Shown here in pieces: positions 18,020 through 28,047 of a stretch of 64,000 bases of DNA; within the stretch, counting starts at the first letter, position 1, and each line of letters opens with the position of its first letter. Source of the DNA: Nitrospirota bacterium (lineage in GTDB: Bacteria; Nitrospirota; UBA9217); the NCBI GenBank assembly GCA_963790205.1, contig CAWBNQ010000001.1:224001-288000 (forward strand). Reading direction: 5' to 3'. Made by a program: the position numbers and the translations under genes. The notes below the pieces were generated by a model that saw nothing but the letters and a program-made list of their open reading frames with translations, did not search any database and was not told the DNA's origin.

Positions 18020-19810
18020 TCAATATGCAAAGTAGGGCCCGAGTCCCAGGCCTGATGATGTCCCATCGATCCCAACATATACGCTTCGTCCAAAGTAGAA
18101 CGGAAGCCCCCAGTCGAACAAACCTGGTACAGGCGCACCGATATCAGAGAACACCATGTTGGGGTTGGGCGGACTCGTAAGAGTGTCAAGGTTTCCTATC
18201 TGGAAGAAAACATCTTTGGGTACCAAATTGATACCCTCATTCGTCGCGGAAAGAGTCGTTACGGACGAGGGACAGAACCAGCCCTGACCCTGTGAAGTAC
18301 AGTCTGGAAGCAAGCCTCTTGAGGGGGCGGTGAAAAACAGGCCGTTTGAGCCGCTGTCTATAACACTGTAATAAGGTATGCCATTAAGAACCGTGGTGAT
18401 TTCCCCGTAGTTGATGTCATATATGCTGTTATCGGCGCTGTGCTCTGTAGCCCCGGAAGAAGAGTTGTTCGGCTTTGTGTCGATCCCGAGCACGAGGACG
18501 CCGGAGACCGACGTCGTCCCGGCCGAAGAAACGCTCGGAAGCTCCACGATCACGCCGTTGTTATAGTCCGGGGAGAGCAGCGCCACTGGATTCGAAACCT
18601 GGTCGGGGTCGAAAACCACGGTCCCCACGCAAGAAGATTTGCTGCAGAAGTAATACATCCCGTTGTTTGGATACATTTGGCAGCCTTCTCCGCAGTCCTG
18701 AGCAAAAAGGCCGACCCCGAGTATGCCGTTAAATCCAGCATCTACCGGTTCCGAGCCCGCGTTTTCACATCCTGCGGGTCGGGTCCCGAACGCAGAAGAG
18801 TCGATGACCTGGATCGGGACATTTGGAGCAGTCTCATTCCCGAGGACAACATCCGCATATTCAACAGGTCCCCATAATGAAGAGCCGTCTCCGAACTGGG
18901 CGCACTCGGCAAGCGGGTAAGAGTGAGTACCATAACTGACAAGTTCCTGTGAAGGAGAAGCGTTTTTCAGGACCGACTTGAATATCCGCAGACCGTAGCT
19001 TCCGGTATCCAGGAGGATATCATTGATCGTATCGCAGGTTGAGGTGCCGTGGGTACAGACCGTAACGCTTACGCATGGCTTGTTCAGGTAGTTACTAGAA
19101 GTAACTGCCGAGCAAAGAGCTCCATTTACGGTAATGGGAAGCACGTTGTTCGCAGTAGCAGTGCCGGTCCCCACCGTCAGCAGAGCAGCACCTGGGGCAT
19201 TCCCTGACCTGGCCGCGATCAGTGTCGTGCCTGAGGTGACTATAGAAGAAGTGGCCAAACCGCTACTACTATCGATCGTTGCGACGTCCGGGGCTGTTGA
19301 AGTCCAGGTAACTAATAGGGGGTGCTGTAAGCCGTCCGAGAAGGTCCCCGTGACGGCGGTATACTGTTCGGACGCACCCAAGGAAATACTCGAGAACGCC
19401 GGCTCCACATCAATAGATACGAGCGCCGCCGGGTTCACCGTCAGGATAACAGGAGCTGAGACGATTTTCCCTGACGCAGCCGCGATCGTTGTTGTGCCAG
19501 TGCCTTTTGATGTGGCTAATCCATGCAAGCCTGCTGAATTGCTGATCGTGGCGACTGTCAGGTCCGATGAAGTCCACGTCACCGACGTCGTCAGGTCCTG
19601 TATAGTGCCGTCCGAGTAAGTCCCTGCGGCCCTAAACTGTTCGGCGATCCCGAGTGCGATGCTGGGGCTGGGACCGGGGCTGGAACTCGACGGGGTCACC
19701 GCAATGGATACAAGCGTCGGAGGGATAATCACTCCTCCTCCACCCGAACCGCCACAACCTGCAAGAAGCGAAAGGACCAGGATAAGAAGCGCTATTTTAT
19801 TTGATTTCAT
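18020..19810 (-). CDS. DUF3443-family lipoprotein with two Big_2 Ig-like domains and pepsin-like Asp motifs
   Basis: Lipobox LAGC; Ig repeats (VTWTSSDLTVATI, VTWTSTAPDVATI); NKPCVSVTVC, ILLDTGSYGLRI, NGILGVG, VIDSGSNG, FDWGLPFYFGR. Confidence 0.85.
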   Translation of the reverse strand: MKSNKIALLILVLSLLAGCGGSGGGGVIIPPTLVSIAVTPSSSSPGPSPSIALGIAEQFRAAGTYSDGTIQDLTTSVTWTSSDLTVATISNSAGLHGLATSKGTGTTTIAAASGKIVSAPVILTVNPAALVSIDVEPAFSSISLGASEQYTAVTGTFSDGLQHPLLVTWTSTAPDVATIDSSSGLATSSIVTSGTTLIAARSGNAPGAALLTVGTGTATANNVLPITVNGALCSAVTSSNYLNKPCVSVTVCTHGTSTCDTINDILLDTGSYGLRIFKSVLKNASPSQELVSYGTHSYPLAECAQFGDGSSLWGPVEYADVVLGNETAPNVPIQVIDSSAFGTRPAGCENAGSEPVDAGFNGILGVGLFAQDCGEGCQMYPNNGMYYFCSKSSCVGTVVFDPDQVSNPVALLSPDYNNGVIVELPSVSSAGTTSVSGVLVLGIDTKPNNSSSGATEHSADNSIYDINYGEITTVLNGIPYYSVIDSGSNGLFFTAPSRGLLPDCTSQGQGWFCPSSVTTLSATNEGINLVPKDVFFQIGNLDTLTSPPNPNMVFSDIGAPVPGLFDWGLPFYFGRSVYVGIDGTSSGLGLGPYFAY

Positions 19811-20267
19811 CGATGTTCACTCCCGACGGCACCAGGGCGGGCGCGTAGGCCCGGCCCTGCAGGTTCCGCATATGCCCCCATTTTTCCACAACAACACTGT
19901 TCGTCTTCACCTGAAGACTCCTGCGGCCCGGCTGGCGCGGCGTTTGCCGCAGGGCCTCCCGGTATTCCGCGGCATAGGAGCCCAGAAGCGGCGTAAGATC
20001 AGGGTGGACCAGGCCGTTCCAGGCAATGCCGAATACGACGCCGTTCGGCGATATGTATTCCCGGACCGTTGCAGCACCAGACCCGATTGTTTGGATCGTG
20101 TAGCCAGGAAGGACCGTTGTGGCGCCCCGCACTGCCGAGAGTGCCTTTTGGTCCGACATGACCGAATCGGCGGACTCACCGAGCGCGGCATGGGCCGCGT
20201 GTGCAGCCGCAAGAACGGCCGCCGAAATGCCAAGACCGATAAACAGGGCATAGAATCTTCTTTTCAT
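19797..20267 (-). CDS. DUF2844-family secreted protein
   Basis: Signal peptide ending AHA-ALG; VREYISPNGVVFGIAWNG, PDLTPLLGSY, GHMRNLQGRAYAP; usual partner of DUF3443. Confidence 0.85.
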   Translation of the reverse strand: MKRRFYALFIGLGISAAVLAAAHAAHAALGESADSVMSDQKALSAVRGATTVLPGYTIQTIGSGAATVREYISPNGVVFGIAWNGLVHPDLTPLLGSYAAEYREALRQTPRQPGRRSLQVKTNSVVVEKWGHMRNLQGRAYAPALVPSGVNIDEIK

Positions 20268-20896
20268 GGTCGCCGGAACCTCCTCTGCTGTTTGTAACTG
20301 CTCAGGCAGCATAGTAACTCAAAACCGGCTTAACTTCTACGGTTATGGATTGAAATATTTTCCACGGCGATTGTTTGCATCCCGGTCGCCAGATGTTAAG
20401 TCGGAGGATAAATTACGACGGCGCTCCCCAAACCAGCCAGCAGTATAATGGCGGTGATGAATTTAAGGCGCGCTTGCATATTGGTGATTTTCCCTGTCAT
20501 GATTATTGTACGCCCATTTTTTTCTCTCTGTGCTATTGAGCCGAAGGAGCGCTTTTTCTTAATAAAATTCCACACAGTTTCTCGGCGCACTCCGGGCATA
20601 TCCCTTGTGAACGCAGTAAATCCGATCCGCTATTAATAATATGTTCTATGTTAACCCAGACATCCTCTACTTTAACTTGCTTACACGAGGCGCAGATCAG
20701 GAGAAATCACTCCAAATATTTAATCCTTCTGGTCAATTTCCATGTCAAATAATAGTGATGCCGCCAAATAATAGTATGAATACCGTCGTATTCTTCATGC
20801 GTATGACCATACATTATACGGCCTTTTGGAGACTTCCACGAATAGTCATACTGTATTCAGTCTACCATTTTTTGTTCGTTCAATGCTCTCTGTACA

Positions 20897-21370
20897 CTAC
20901 CTGCTTCCATGTTGTTTATTGCCGGCCCAAAGAGGCGCGCCGTTGTCATCCCGAAGCTGAAGCACTTCGTCGCCCTTTCTCACCTCGCCGGCGAGAAATA
21001 TAATTTGTCCGTCGAGCGCGGTCTTGACGCCCTTAATCTCCACCTTGTCGCCCGCCACGATCCTGACATTCTGCAGATCTACATAAATATGAGGACCGAG
21101 ATACACGAGAAGGTTCTGGCCGTTTGCATTCAGATCCAAGCCGACGCCAGACGTCTTTCCGCTTCTCGTTTCAATGTTTTTAACTGCGGCAACTTCACCG
21201 TTCACGATCTCCACCTGAGAGAGATCATACTTCGGCTGCCCATCGCTCTTCATCCCTCCCCTTCCTCCCATGCGTCCGAACCCCTGCTGTCCATACACGG
21301 TAAACGTTACCAGAGCGAAGAGAGCCAAAAAAGAAAGCACCATGAGCGCATATACTTTGAATTGTTTCAT
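20897..21370 (-). CDS. Exported OB-fold-like protein
   Basis: Signal/TM segment, Gly/Met-rich linker, VYLGP...GDKVEIKG...LRDDNGAPLW. Confidence 0.6.
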   Translation of the reverse strand: MKQFKVYALMVLSFLALFALVTFTVYGQQGFGRMGGRGGMKSDGQPKYDLSQVEIVNGEVAAVKNIETRSGKTSGVGLDLNANGQNLLVYLGPHIYVDLQNVRIVAGDKVEIKGVKTALDGQIIFLAGEVRKGDEVLQLRDDNGAPLWAGNKQHGSR

Positions 21371-21488
21371 GCCCGTTCCTCCCTATCTATTGAAGACGAG
21401 CGAGCCTTGAGGCAAGCTTTTGTTTTATTCGCCCGTCCGTTATTTCCCTGCAAATTTTTCGATAGAATAATACCACCGTTAAAAAAAA

Positions 21489-22733
21489 TTACTCAAACCG
21501 CAGGGCATCGATCGGATTCAAAAGCGACGCTTTATATGCCGGATAGAAACCGAAGAATATCCCTATGAATCCGGAAAAGCCGAACGCCAGCAGGATGGAA
21601 AGGATCGACACGACCGTGGGCCAGCCCGAGATGGATGAGAGAACCACGGCTGTGGACACGCCTATGATGATCCCGATGACGCCCCCGATCAGGGACAGCG
21701 TGAGCGCCTCGACGATGAACTGGATGCGAATATCCATCGTCTTTGCCCCGACCGCCATCCTGATGCCGATCTCGCGGGTTCGCTCGGTCACCGACACGAG
21801 CATGATGTTCATGATGCCGATGCCGCCGACGAGGAGCGAAACCGACGCGATGGCCCCCAACAGCAAGGTCATAACCTGCGTTGACTGTTCCCGGGCCTGC
21901 ATGATCTGGGTAAGGTTCCGCACAGTGAAATCACTGTCTTGCTTCTGGCCGATATGGTGTCGCTGCCTGAGCAGCTCGGTCATCTGTGTTTCGGCCGTGG
22001 ACAGGTCTTCAGCGCTCCTCGCCTTGACCATGATGGTCCTCACCATGCCGGGGAACTGGGTGCCGAAAAGCTTCTTCTGAGACGTGGTCACCGGGACATA
22101 GATAACGTCATCCTGGTCCTGGCCTTGCGTCGATTGGCCCTTGACGGACAGCACGCCCATCACGGTAAAAGGAACATTCTTGATCCTGATCGCCTGGCCT
22201 ATGGGGTTTTGGTCCCCGAAAAGGCTGTCCACCACGGTCTGGCCGAGCAGACACACCTTTGTTGCGCTCTTCACGTCCTGTTGGGTAAAAGGGCGGCCGG
22301 ACGCCAAAGGCCAGTCCCGTACTATCAGCATGCCCGGCGTTGTCCCGGTCACGGTGGTCGACCAGTTTAAATGTCCGAACACAACCTGTGCAACGCCTCC
22401 CAGGACGGGAGCGACCTCTTCTACCGCGGAGCATTCCTTCAGAATGGCCTCGGAGTCCCCCAAGGAGAGCGTGGGCTGCGAGCCCGCGCCCATCCGCACC
22501 CCGCCGGAAGACGTGGATCCGGGCATGACAATGAGGAGGTTGCTTCCCATGCTTGCTATTTGCTCGGCGATCTGCCGGCTTGCGCCGCTGCCAACGGCGA
22601 CCATGGCGATCACGGCGCCCACGCCGATGATGATGCCGAGCATGGTGAGGGAGGAACGCATCTTATTCACCCAGAGCGCCCGGAACGATATTTTTATGGT
22701 GGAAGGTATGTTGATCATGCCGGCAAATTTCAA
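21489..22733 (-). CDS. MacB-like ABC transporter permease
   Basis: NKMRSSLTMLGIIIGV, VGGIGIMNIMLVSVTERTREIGIR, GFYPAYKAS. Confidence 0.92.
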   Translation of the reverse strand: MKFAGMINIPSTIKISFRALWVNKMRSSLTMLGIIIGVGAVIAMVAVGSGASRQIAEQIASMGSNLLIVMPGSTSSGGVRMGAGSQPTLSLGDSEAILKECSAVEEVAPVLGGVAQVVFGHLNWSTTVTGTTPGMLIVRDWPLASGRPFTQQDVKSATKVCLLGQTVVDSLFGDQNPIGQAIRIKNVPFTVMGVLSVKGQSTQGQDQDDVIYVPVTTSQKKLFGTQFPGMVRTIMVKARSAEDLSTAETQMTELLRQRHHIGQKQDSDFTVRNLTQIMQAREQSTQVMTLLLGAIASVSLLVGGIGIMNIMLVSVTERTREIGIRMAVGAKTMDIRIQFIVEALTLSLIGGVIGIIIGVSTAVVLSSISGWPTVVSILSILLAFGFSGFIGIFFGFYPAYKASLLNPIDALRFE

Positions 22734-23446
22734 CTTTTTATGAATTGATCGATATTTTTGTCTTCTCTGGCCGCATCGCTCACGATGCGGCCGTCGAGGA
22801 ATTTTATGATCCGCTTGCTGTACGTCGCGATATCCGGCTCATGGGTCACGAGGATGACCGTAATGCCCGATTCACGGTTCAGTTTCACAAAGAGCTCCAT
22901 GATCTCGACACTCGTTTTCGTGTCGAGGTTGCCCGTGGGCTCGTCCGCCAGGATGATGGGGGCCTCGTTCACGAGCGCCCTGGCGATGGCGACCCGCTGC
23001 TGCTGCCCTCCCGAAAGCTGGTTCGGATGATGGTCTTCCCTGCCCTCGAGCCCGACGCTCTTGAGCGCCGCCAGCGCCCGTTCGCGACGTTCCCGCGCCG
23101 CATGGCCGTCATACAGCATGGGAAGTTCCACGTTCTCAATGGCGGAAGTCCTTGAAAGAAGATTGAACCCCTGGAACACGAAGCCGATCTTTTTATTCCG
23201 TATCTCGGCAAGTTCGTCGCGGGAAAGCCTGCCCACATCAACTCCTTCAAGAAGATGCACGCCTCCCGTCGGCTGGTCGAGACAGCCCAGAATATTCATG
23301 AACGTGGACTTGCCCGAGCCCGACGGCCCCATGATGGCAACGAATTCACCTTTCTCGATGGTCGTGGATACGGATTTCAACACTTCCAGGTCGATATCGC
23401 CGAGATGATAGACTTTGGCGATGTCCCGTGCCTCGATAAGCGCCAT
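22730..23446 (-). CDS. ABC transporter ATP-binding protein (MacB/LolD type)
   Basis: GPSGSGKST, LSGGQQQRV, ILADEPTGNLD. Confidence 0.95.
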   Translation of the reverse strand: MALIEARDIAKVYHLGDIDLEVLKSVSTTIEKGEFVAIMGPSGSGKSTFMNILGCLDQPTGGVHLLEGVDVGRLSRDELAEIRNKKIGFVFQGFNLLSRTSAIENVELPMLYDGHAARERRERALAALKSVGLEGREDHHPNQLSGGQQQRVAIARALVNEAPIILADEPTGNLDTKTSVEIMELFVKLNRESGITVILVTHEPDIATYSKRIIKFLDGRIVSDAAREDKNIDQFIKS

Positions 23447-23447
23447 G

Positions 23448-24611
23448 TTAGAACATCCTCGGAGAGGTCGCGGGCCCTTTGCCTTTTCGCAGAGCTTCTA
23501 CGATCACCGGCTGTCCTTCTTTCAGATCACCTGATACGACCTCAGTATAGTTTCCGTCGCTGATTCCCGGCGTGATGCCGACGCGTTTCGGCTTGTTGGT
23601 TTCGAGGACCCAGACGGACGGCCCCTTTTTCTCGCCCGCAGAACCCGCGCCGGCTGGCTTGTCGGAGAAGCGGAACCGGAGCGCCGCATTCGTGATCCTG
23701 AGCACGTCATGCCTCGTCTGTATGACGATGGATGCATTGGCGGTCATGCCCGGCATGAGTTTTAAATCCCGATTGTTTACCTGGATCACGACGTCGTAGG
23801 TGACAACGTTCTGCACGATTATGGGGGCCTGCCTGATCTGCCAGACTTTTCCCTTGAACGTGGTATCGGGATAGGCGTCAACGGTGAAATCCACCTCCTG
23901 CCCGAGCTTCACCACGCCGATGTCCGACTCGGCCACGTTCGTGTCGATCTGCATCTTGGTAAGGTCCTGGGCGATCGTAAAGAGCGTCGGGGTCTGGAAG
24001 CTCGCGGCCACGGTCTGGCCCACGTCAACATTCCGGGAGATCACGACACCATCGACCGGAGAGACGATCCTCGTGTAGGCAAGGTTCTGCCTGGCGTAAT
24101 CGAGCGAAGCCTTTGCCTGCTCGATCAGCGCCTTGGCCGAGGCCACCTGGGCCTTGTCGGACTGGTAGTTCGTCTCCGCCGTGTCCAGGTCGCTCTGGGC
24201 AATGAGATTTTTTGACAACAGTTCCTTGTTCCGGTCAAAGGTCTTTTTATCGTTCGCGAGCGCAGTCTGCGCCTTTTCAAGGTTTGCCTGGGCCGAGAGC
24301 AGATTCGCCTGCGCCTGCTGCACCTGGGACTCGAAGGTCGAGGGGTCGATCTGGGCGATGAGCTTCCCCTTTTTCACGCGGGAATTAAAATCCACATAGA
24401 GAGTTTTGATCGTCCCCGAGACCTGCGTGCCGACCTGGACCGTCGTCACCGCGTTGACCGTGCCCGTCGCCGTCACCGCCTGCTGGATATCGCCGCGCGT
24501 GACCGGGTCGGTCCTGAATTGAGGACTATTTCCCTTTCGCCCGAATGCGATGACGGCGACAGCAACAATAACCAGAACGATTGTTGAGCCGATTAATATT
24601 TTTTTCCTCAT
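23448..24611 (-). CDS. MacA-like periplasmic adaptor
   Basis: VQVGTQVSG, GQTVAASFQTPTLF, FTVDAYP, LMPGMTAN. Confidence 0.9.
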   Translation of the reverse strand: MRKKILIGSTIVLVIVAVAVIAFGRKGNSPQFRTDPVTRGDIQQAVTATGTVNAVTTVQVGTQVSGTIKTLYVDFNSRVKKGKLIAQIDPSTFESQVQQAQANLLSAQANLEKAQTALANDKKTFDRNKELLSKNLIAQSDLDTAETNYQSDKAQVASAKALIEQAKASLDYARQNLAYTRIVSPVDGVVISRNVDVGQTVAASFQTPTLFTIAQDLTKMQIDTNVAESDIGVVKLGQEVDFTVDAYPDTTFKGKVWQIRQAPIIVQNVVTYDVVIQVNNRDLKLMPGMTANASIVIQTRHDVLRITNAALRFRFSDKPAGAGSAGEKKGPSVWVLETNKPKRVGITPGISDGNYTEVVSGDLKEGQPVIVEALRKGKGPATSPRMF

Positions 24612-24624
24612 TTGCTCCCCTTCA

Positions 24625-26007
24625 TCAGCGTACCCCCATGGCTTTCTCTATACTGGCCTGGGCGGTCTTGTAATTAGCCAAAGCGTTCGTATAGTTCGCC
24701 TGTGTAGTAACGTACGTGGCGAACGCATCGGAAACCTCGATGGGGCTTCCCACTCCGGCCGCATATCTGCCGTTCGCGAGGTCCAGGTTCTCCTTGGACT
24801 GCCTGGACGCGAGCTCGGCGGTCGTTATGCTGGCTTCCGCCGCCTGCAGGTTCAGGTACGCCTGGCGCACATCGAGCAGTATCTGCTGCCGCAACGCCTC
24901 TTCATTCGCCTTCAGCGCATAAAGGTTGGACTTGGCTTCCGCCACCTGATGACTGGTCAAAAATCCATTGAATAGAGGAAAGGTAATCGCCAGACCCACG
25001 TCCCAGCTGTTATCATTGTACGTAGTGGGCTGGATATCCACTCCCGACTTGGTGTAACTGGCGCTTCCCGTTAAGACCGGATAATAGCCTGTTCTTTGCA
25101 AACTGACATTCGCCTCGGCAGCCTGTCTTTTGGCGACGGCCGACTTGAGATCAGGCCTGTTCTCAAAGGCCTTCGTTGTCGCTTCTTCCAGGGTTATCGG
25201 ATATTTCTGGAAGGAAAGATTGTCCTCTATCGTGTACTCAGGCGCGTCCGGGACCCCCATGGCATTACTCAGGGTCACCCACGCTATTTTGAGCGCATTC
25301 TCGGCGTTAATGAGGCTGAGTTGCGCGTTGCTCAGATTAACTTCCGCATTGATAACATCGATCTTCGCATTCGTGCCGACCGCATAAAAACCTTCTGCCT
25401 GGTCCAGGTGGAGTTGCATCTGTTTTATGACGTCCAAATCCACGTCACGGTTCCGCTTGGCCTGCAGCACCCCGTAATACGCCTGTTTGACGCTCAAAAT
25501 GATCGCATCCTGGGAGGTATTAAGGTCTGAACGAGAAGACTCAAGATTGTATTTTGCGACATCAACCGATGACGAGGTCTTGCCGAAATCCAGGATGGTC
25601 TGGTTGAGCGCTGCGGTGCCGGAATACTCATTGACCGGCGCAGTTCCGGCGAGAGAGCTGCTCGACGTTAACGCCGAGGATTTGGTCCTGTCATAAGCAC
25701 CCGTAGCGCTTATCTGCGGGTAATAGTTCGACCGGGCTTCACCGACCCTGCTCCTATTGACGTCAACACCGTACATCGCGGCAACGATGGTCGGGTTTTT
25801 CCTGAGCGCGATCTCGATACAGCGGCTCAACGTCAGCGCCTCATCCTTGGTGATCATGCCTTCGCCCGAACGATCGCTCTTTTCCGGCTGCTTGGGCGCA
25901 GATTTGTATTGATCCGCAGGCACCGGCTCTTCCGCCAGCAGATGTAACGGTGCGACCGTAAAAGTCAGGAGGCATACCAAAACTGACGCTCTTCTCCATT
26001 TTTTCAA
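24625..26007 (-). CDS. TolC-family outer-membrane efflux protein
   Basis: Signal peptide; YYPQIS and YYPVLT OEP repeats; RYAAGVGS; first gene of the MacAB-like operon. Confidence 0.9.
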   Translation of the reverse strand: MKKWRRASVLVCLLTFTVAPLHLLAEEPVPADQYKSAPKQPEKSDRSGEGMITKDEALTLSRCIEIALRKNPTIVAAMYGVDVNRSRVGEARSNYYPQISATGAYDRTKSSALTSSSSLAGTAPVNEYSGTAALNQTILDFGKTSSSVDVAKYNLESSRSDLNTSQDAIILSVKQAYYGVLQAKRNRDVDLDVIKQMQLHLDQAEGFYAVGTNAKIDVINAEVNLSNAQLSLINAENALKIAWVTLSNAMGVPDAPEYTIEDNLSFQKYPITLEEATTKAFENRPDLKSAVAKRQAAEANVSLQRTGYYPVLTGSASYTKSGVDIQPTTYNDNSWDVGLAITFPLFNGFLTSHQVAEAKSNLYALKANEEALRQQILLDVRQAYLNLQAAEASITTAELASRQSKENLDLANGRYAAGVGSPIEVSDAFATYVTTQANYTNALANYKTAQASIEKAMGVR

Positions 26008-26101
26008 TCTATCACTCTCCTGAAGGAAACCGTTCCTGAGGCCGCAAAATGCGGTGTTTGACTTTCACACGTAAAACCGAACGCGATATTTTATAACGCA
26101 G

Positions 26102-26458
26102 TCAAATTTGCACTCGATTCTTTAGAAGCGGAATCATTTTTTGAACCAATTGGCGTCTGCTGAGAAAGGCGTCTGCGCCTGCCCTCAAAAATGCCTGCTC
26201 TTTCGGCCCGATGCTGAAGCCGAGAATAAATGCATCAGGACACAGAGGACGAAGCCGCCTGGTTAACTCTTCACCACTCATCGCCTGTATTCGAGAACCT
26301 ATCAGGAGTATTTCGAAGTGCTTTTTGCCTATCAGATCGAGAGCAGCTCCACCACTCTCGCACGCACTGACGATGAATCCTTCAAATTCTAAAAACATTT
26401 GGAGGCTGCTTCTTGTTGTTTTGTCATCGTCTATAACAAGCACTGCCTCGTTGCCCAC
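26102..26458 (-). CDS. Single-domain response-regulator receiver, degenerate
   Basis: VLVIDDD and AFLRAGADAFL are present, but the phospho-Asp position reads LLIG and the conserved Lys is absent. Confidence 0.65.
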   Translation of the reverse strand: MGNEAVLVIDDDKTTRSSLQMFLEFEGFIVSACESGGAALDLIGKKHFEILLIGSRIQAMSGEELTRRLRPLCPDAFILGFSIGPKEQAFLRAGADAFLSRRQLVQKMIPLLKNRVQI

Positions 26459-26509
26459 CCGTGCCCCCTCTGGTTTGCTGGAACACCTCTTTATTTTATC
26501 GCCTCTTCC

Positions 26510-27037
26510 TTACTTATCCATTAGAGCGACGATTCTGTCAGTTATGTCAAGATCTTCGTCAGCGTACGCTACCGATTGGATTTCAACGTTCGAGATGTTG
26601 ATCGTTTTGTTGAGAATGAGGGACAGCTTCTCTTGCTTCGCAATGTCCTTGAGCACGGCAAGAACACGCAGGTTGAAATCGTTCGACAGTTCTTCATTCT
26701 TTTTGCTGACTTCATCGCCGAACTCAGAGCGTATCTTTTCAAATTCGGCGATTTTGTGGCTCAGCGCCTCCTTTGTTTCCGCCTGTGCCGGGTCGCTCAG
26801 CTTTGCCAGTTTCTGTGTCTTATAATCTTCCTGGAGCTTCTGAATCTCGTCAGCGTCCGCATCCAGTATCTTTTTGCGGCTTTCGTAATATCCGCGCTCG
26901 ATTCCCTGATATTTCTTGCCGAGGATGGTTTTATTAAAGACCGTTTGAATATCAAAATAGGCGATCTTGCCGCCCGACGCGTGTGCGCTTACCGCGATCA
27001 GAAATACTGCCGCAACAATCAACAACGTTTTCTTCAT
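26510..27037 (-). CDS. skp: OmpH/Skp-family periplasmic chaperone
   Basis: Signal peptide, KIAYFDIQTVF, coiled coil, YADEDLDITDRI. Confidence 0.85.
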   Translation of the reverse strand: MKKTLLIVAAVFLIAVSAHASGGKIAYFDIQTVFNKTILGKKYQGIERGYYESRKKILDADADEIQKLQEDYKTQKLAKLSDPAQAETKEALSHKIAEFEKIRSEFGDEVSKKNEELSNDFNLRVLAVLKDIAKQEKLSLILNKTINISNVEIQSVAYADEDLDITDRIVALMDK

Positions 27038-27243
27038 TAAAGTCTCCTCATTTATCTGGCTCGTTCGCCTTTTAATATTTATTTTTTCCGGTCCGGTTGT
27101 CGCCATTCCGGGCCTTGAGCATGTTATACGCCACTATAAGAAAAGCAACCAGAAGAACAGCGTATTCAAGGGAAAAGATATTCATCGCGATCACCTTCCT
27201 TTTACTCGTATCACAAACCCTTCTCTAGCCATTTTTAAAAAAG

Positions 27244-27270
27244 GGGGTGCCGACGCAATGTCGACACCCC
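27244..27270 (-). terminator. Intrinsic terminator after Spy/CpxP-like gene
   Basis: GGGGTGCCGAC-loop-GTCGACACCCC stem, followed by a T run on the minus strand. Confidence 0.65.
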
Positions 27271-27307
27271 AAATGTGCACAGAGCACGATTCAATCCCTT
27301 GGGGGTG

Positions 27308-27871
27308 CTATTGTTCCTTCTCTTGCGGCGCTCTTTCTTGTTTCTCGGTCAACGGAGTCATGCGCGTGCCGCCATGCATCATTCTTTTCATCCCGGGACC
27401 CATTTCAAGCATCTCCTTGAATTGTTTTCTCTGTTCCGGCGTCAGTTTTGTCTTGACCTCCTGCATTGCTTTTATGTGGGAGAGGCGTATGTCCGTTTGG
27501 AGGGATGCCAGTTTTTTCAGCGTTGCCTCTGCCGCGTTCATATCCACCTGGTCCTTATCAAGAATCTCCCTTAAATCGATCCTGGCAATTGCGATATCGG
27601 CCCTTTTCATAATGGTATTCTTCATCACCCTGCTATGAATCTCCTTGATAGCCTCTTTCTGCTTTTCATCAAGACCGAGACTCATGAGACATCTCCAGAG
27701 AGAATGTTCTCGCCTCATCATCCTCATGCCGTCATGCCGCATCGGCGACATCATGGGCATGCCCTCTGCCGGGTAACCTTTTCCCGAACCGCATGTCTGC
27801 GCAGAAGAATAATGCGGTGCAAAAAACAGAACCAGAAAACCCAACAAGAGACCAGCTAAAATCCTTTTCAT
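27308..27871 (-). CDS. Spy/CpxP-family periplasmic protein
   Basis: Signal peptide, Met/His-rich region, LGLDEKQ and LTPEQR (LTxxQ) motifs; AAGGAGG RBS. Confidence 0.85.
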   Translation of the reverse strand: MKRILAGLLLGFLVLFFAPHYSSAQTCGSGKGYPAEGMPMMSPMRHDGMRMMRREHSLWRCLMSLGLDEKQKEAIKEIHSRVMKNTIMKRADIAIARIDLREILDKDQVDMNAAEATLKKLASLQTDIRLSHIKAMQEVKTKLTPEQRKQFKEMLEMGPGMKRMMHGGTRMTPLTEKQERAPQEKEQ

Positions 27872-27954
27872 AGAAACCTCCTTAAATAAAATAAATTTGG
27901 CATTCAGCGCTGCCGTTTTCTTGACCACAACATAACAGTCAAATATGGCTCAAA

Positions 27955-27971
27955 TGTGAAGGAATTGAGAA
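27955..27971. promoter_or_regulatory. Possible OmpR/BaeR-type direct-repeat box
   Basis: TGTGAA-N5-TGAGAA (11-bp period) in the divergent spy/baeS intergenic region. Confidence 0.35.
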
Positions 27972-28047
27972 AATCCATCGGGATGTATTTTTTCACTTGC
28001 CATGGGTTACAATACGAATTAAGGTAAGAGGGGAGGTTTGACATTCC

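Noticed and set aside
20396..20599. Short ORF with a hydrophobic segment upstream of DUF2844
   Set aside because: Possibly a truncated membrane-protein remnant, but too short to support a call.
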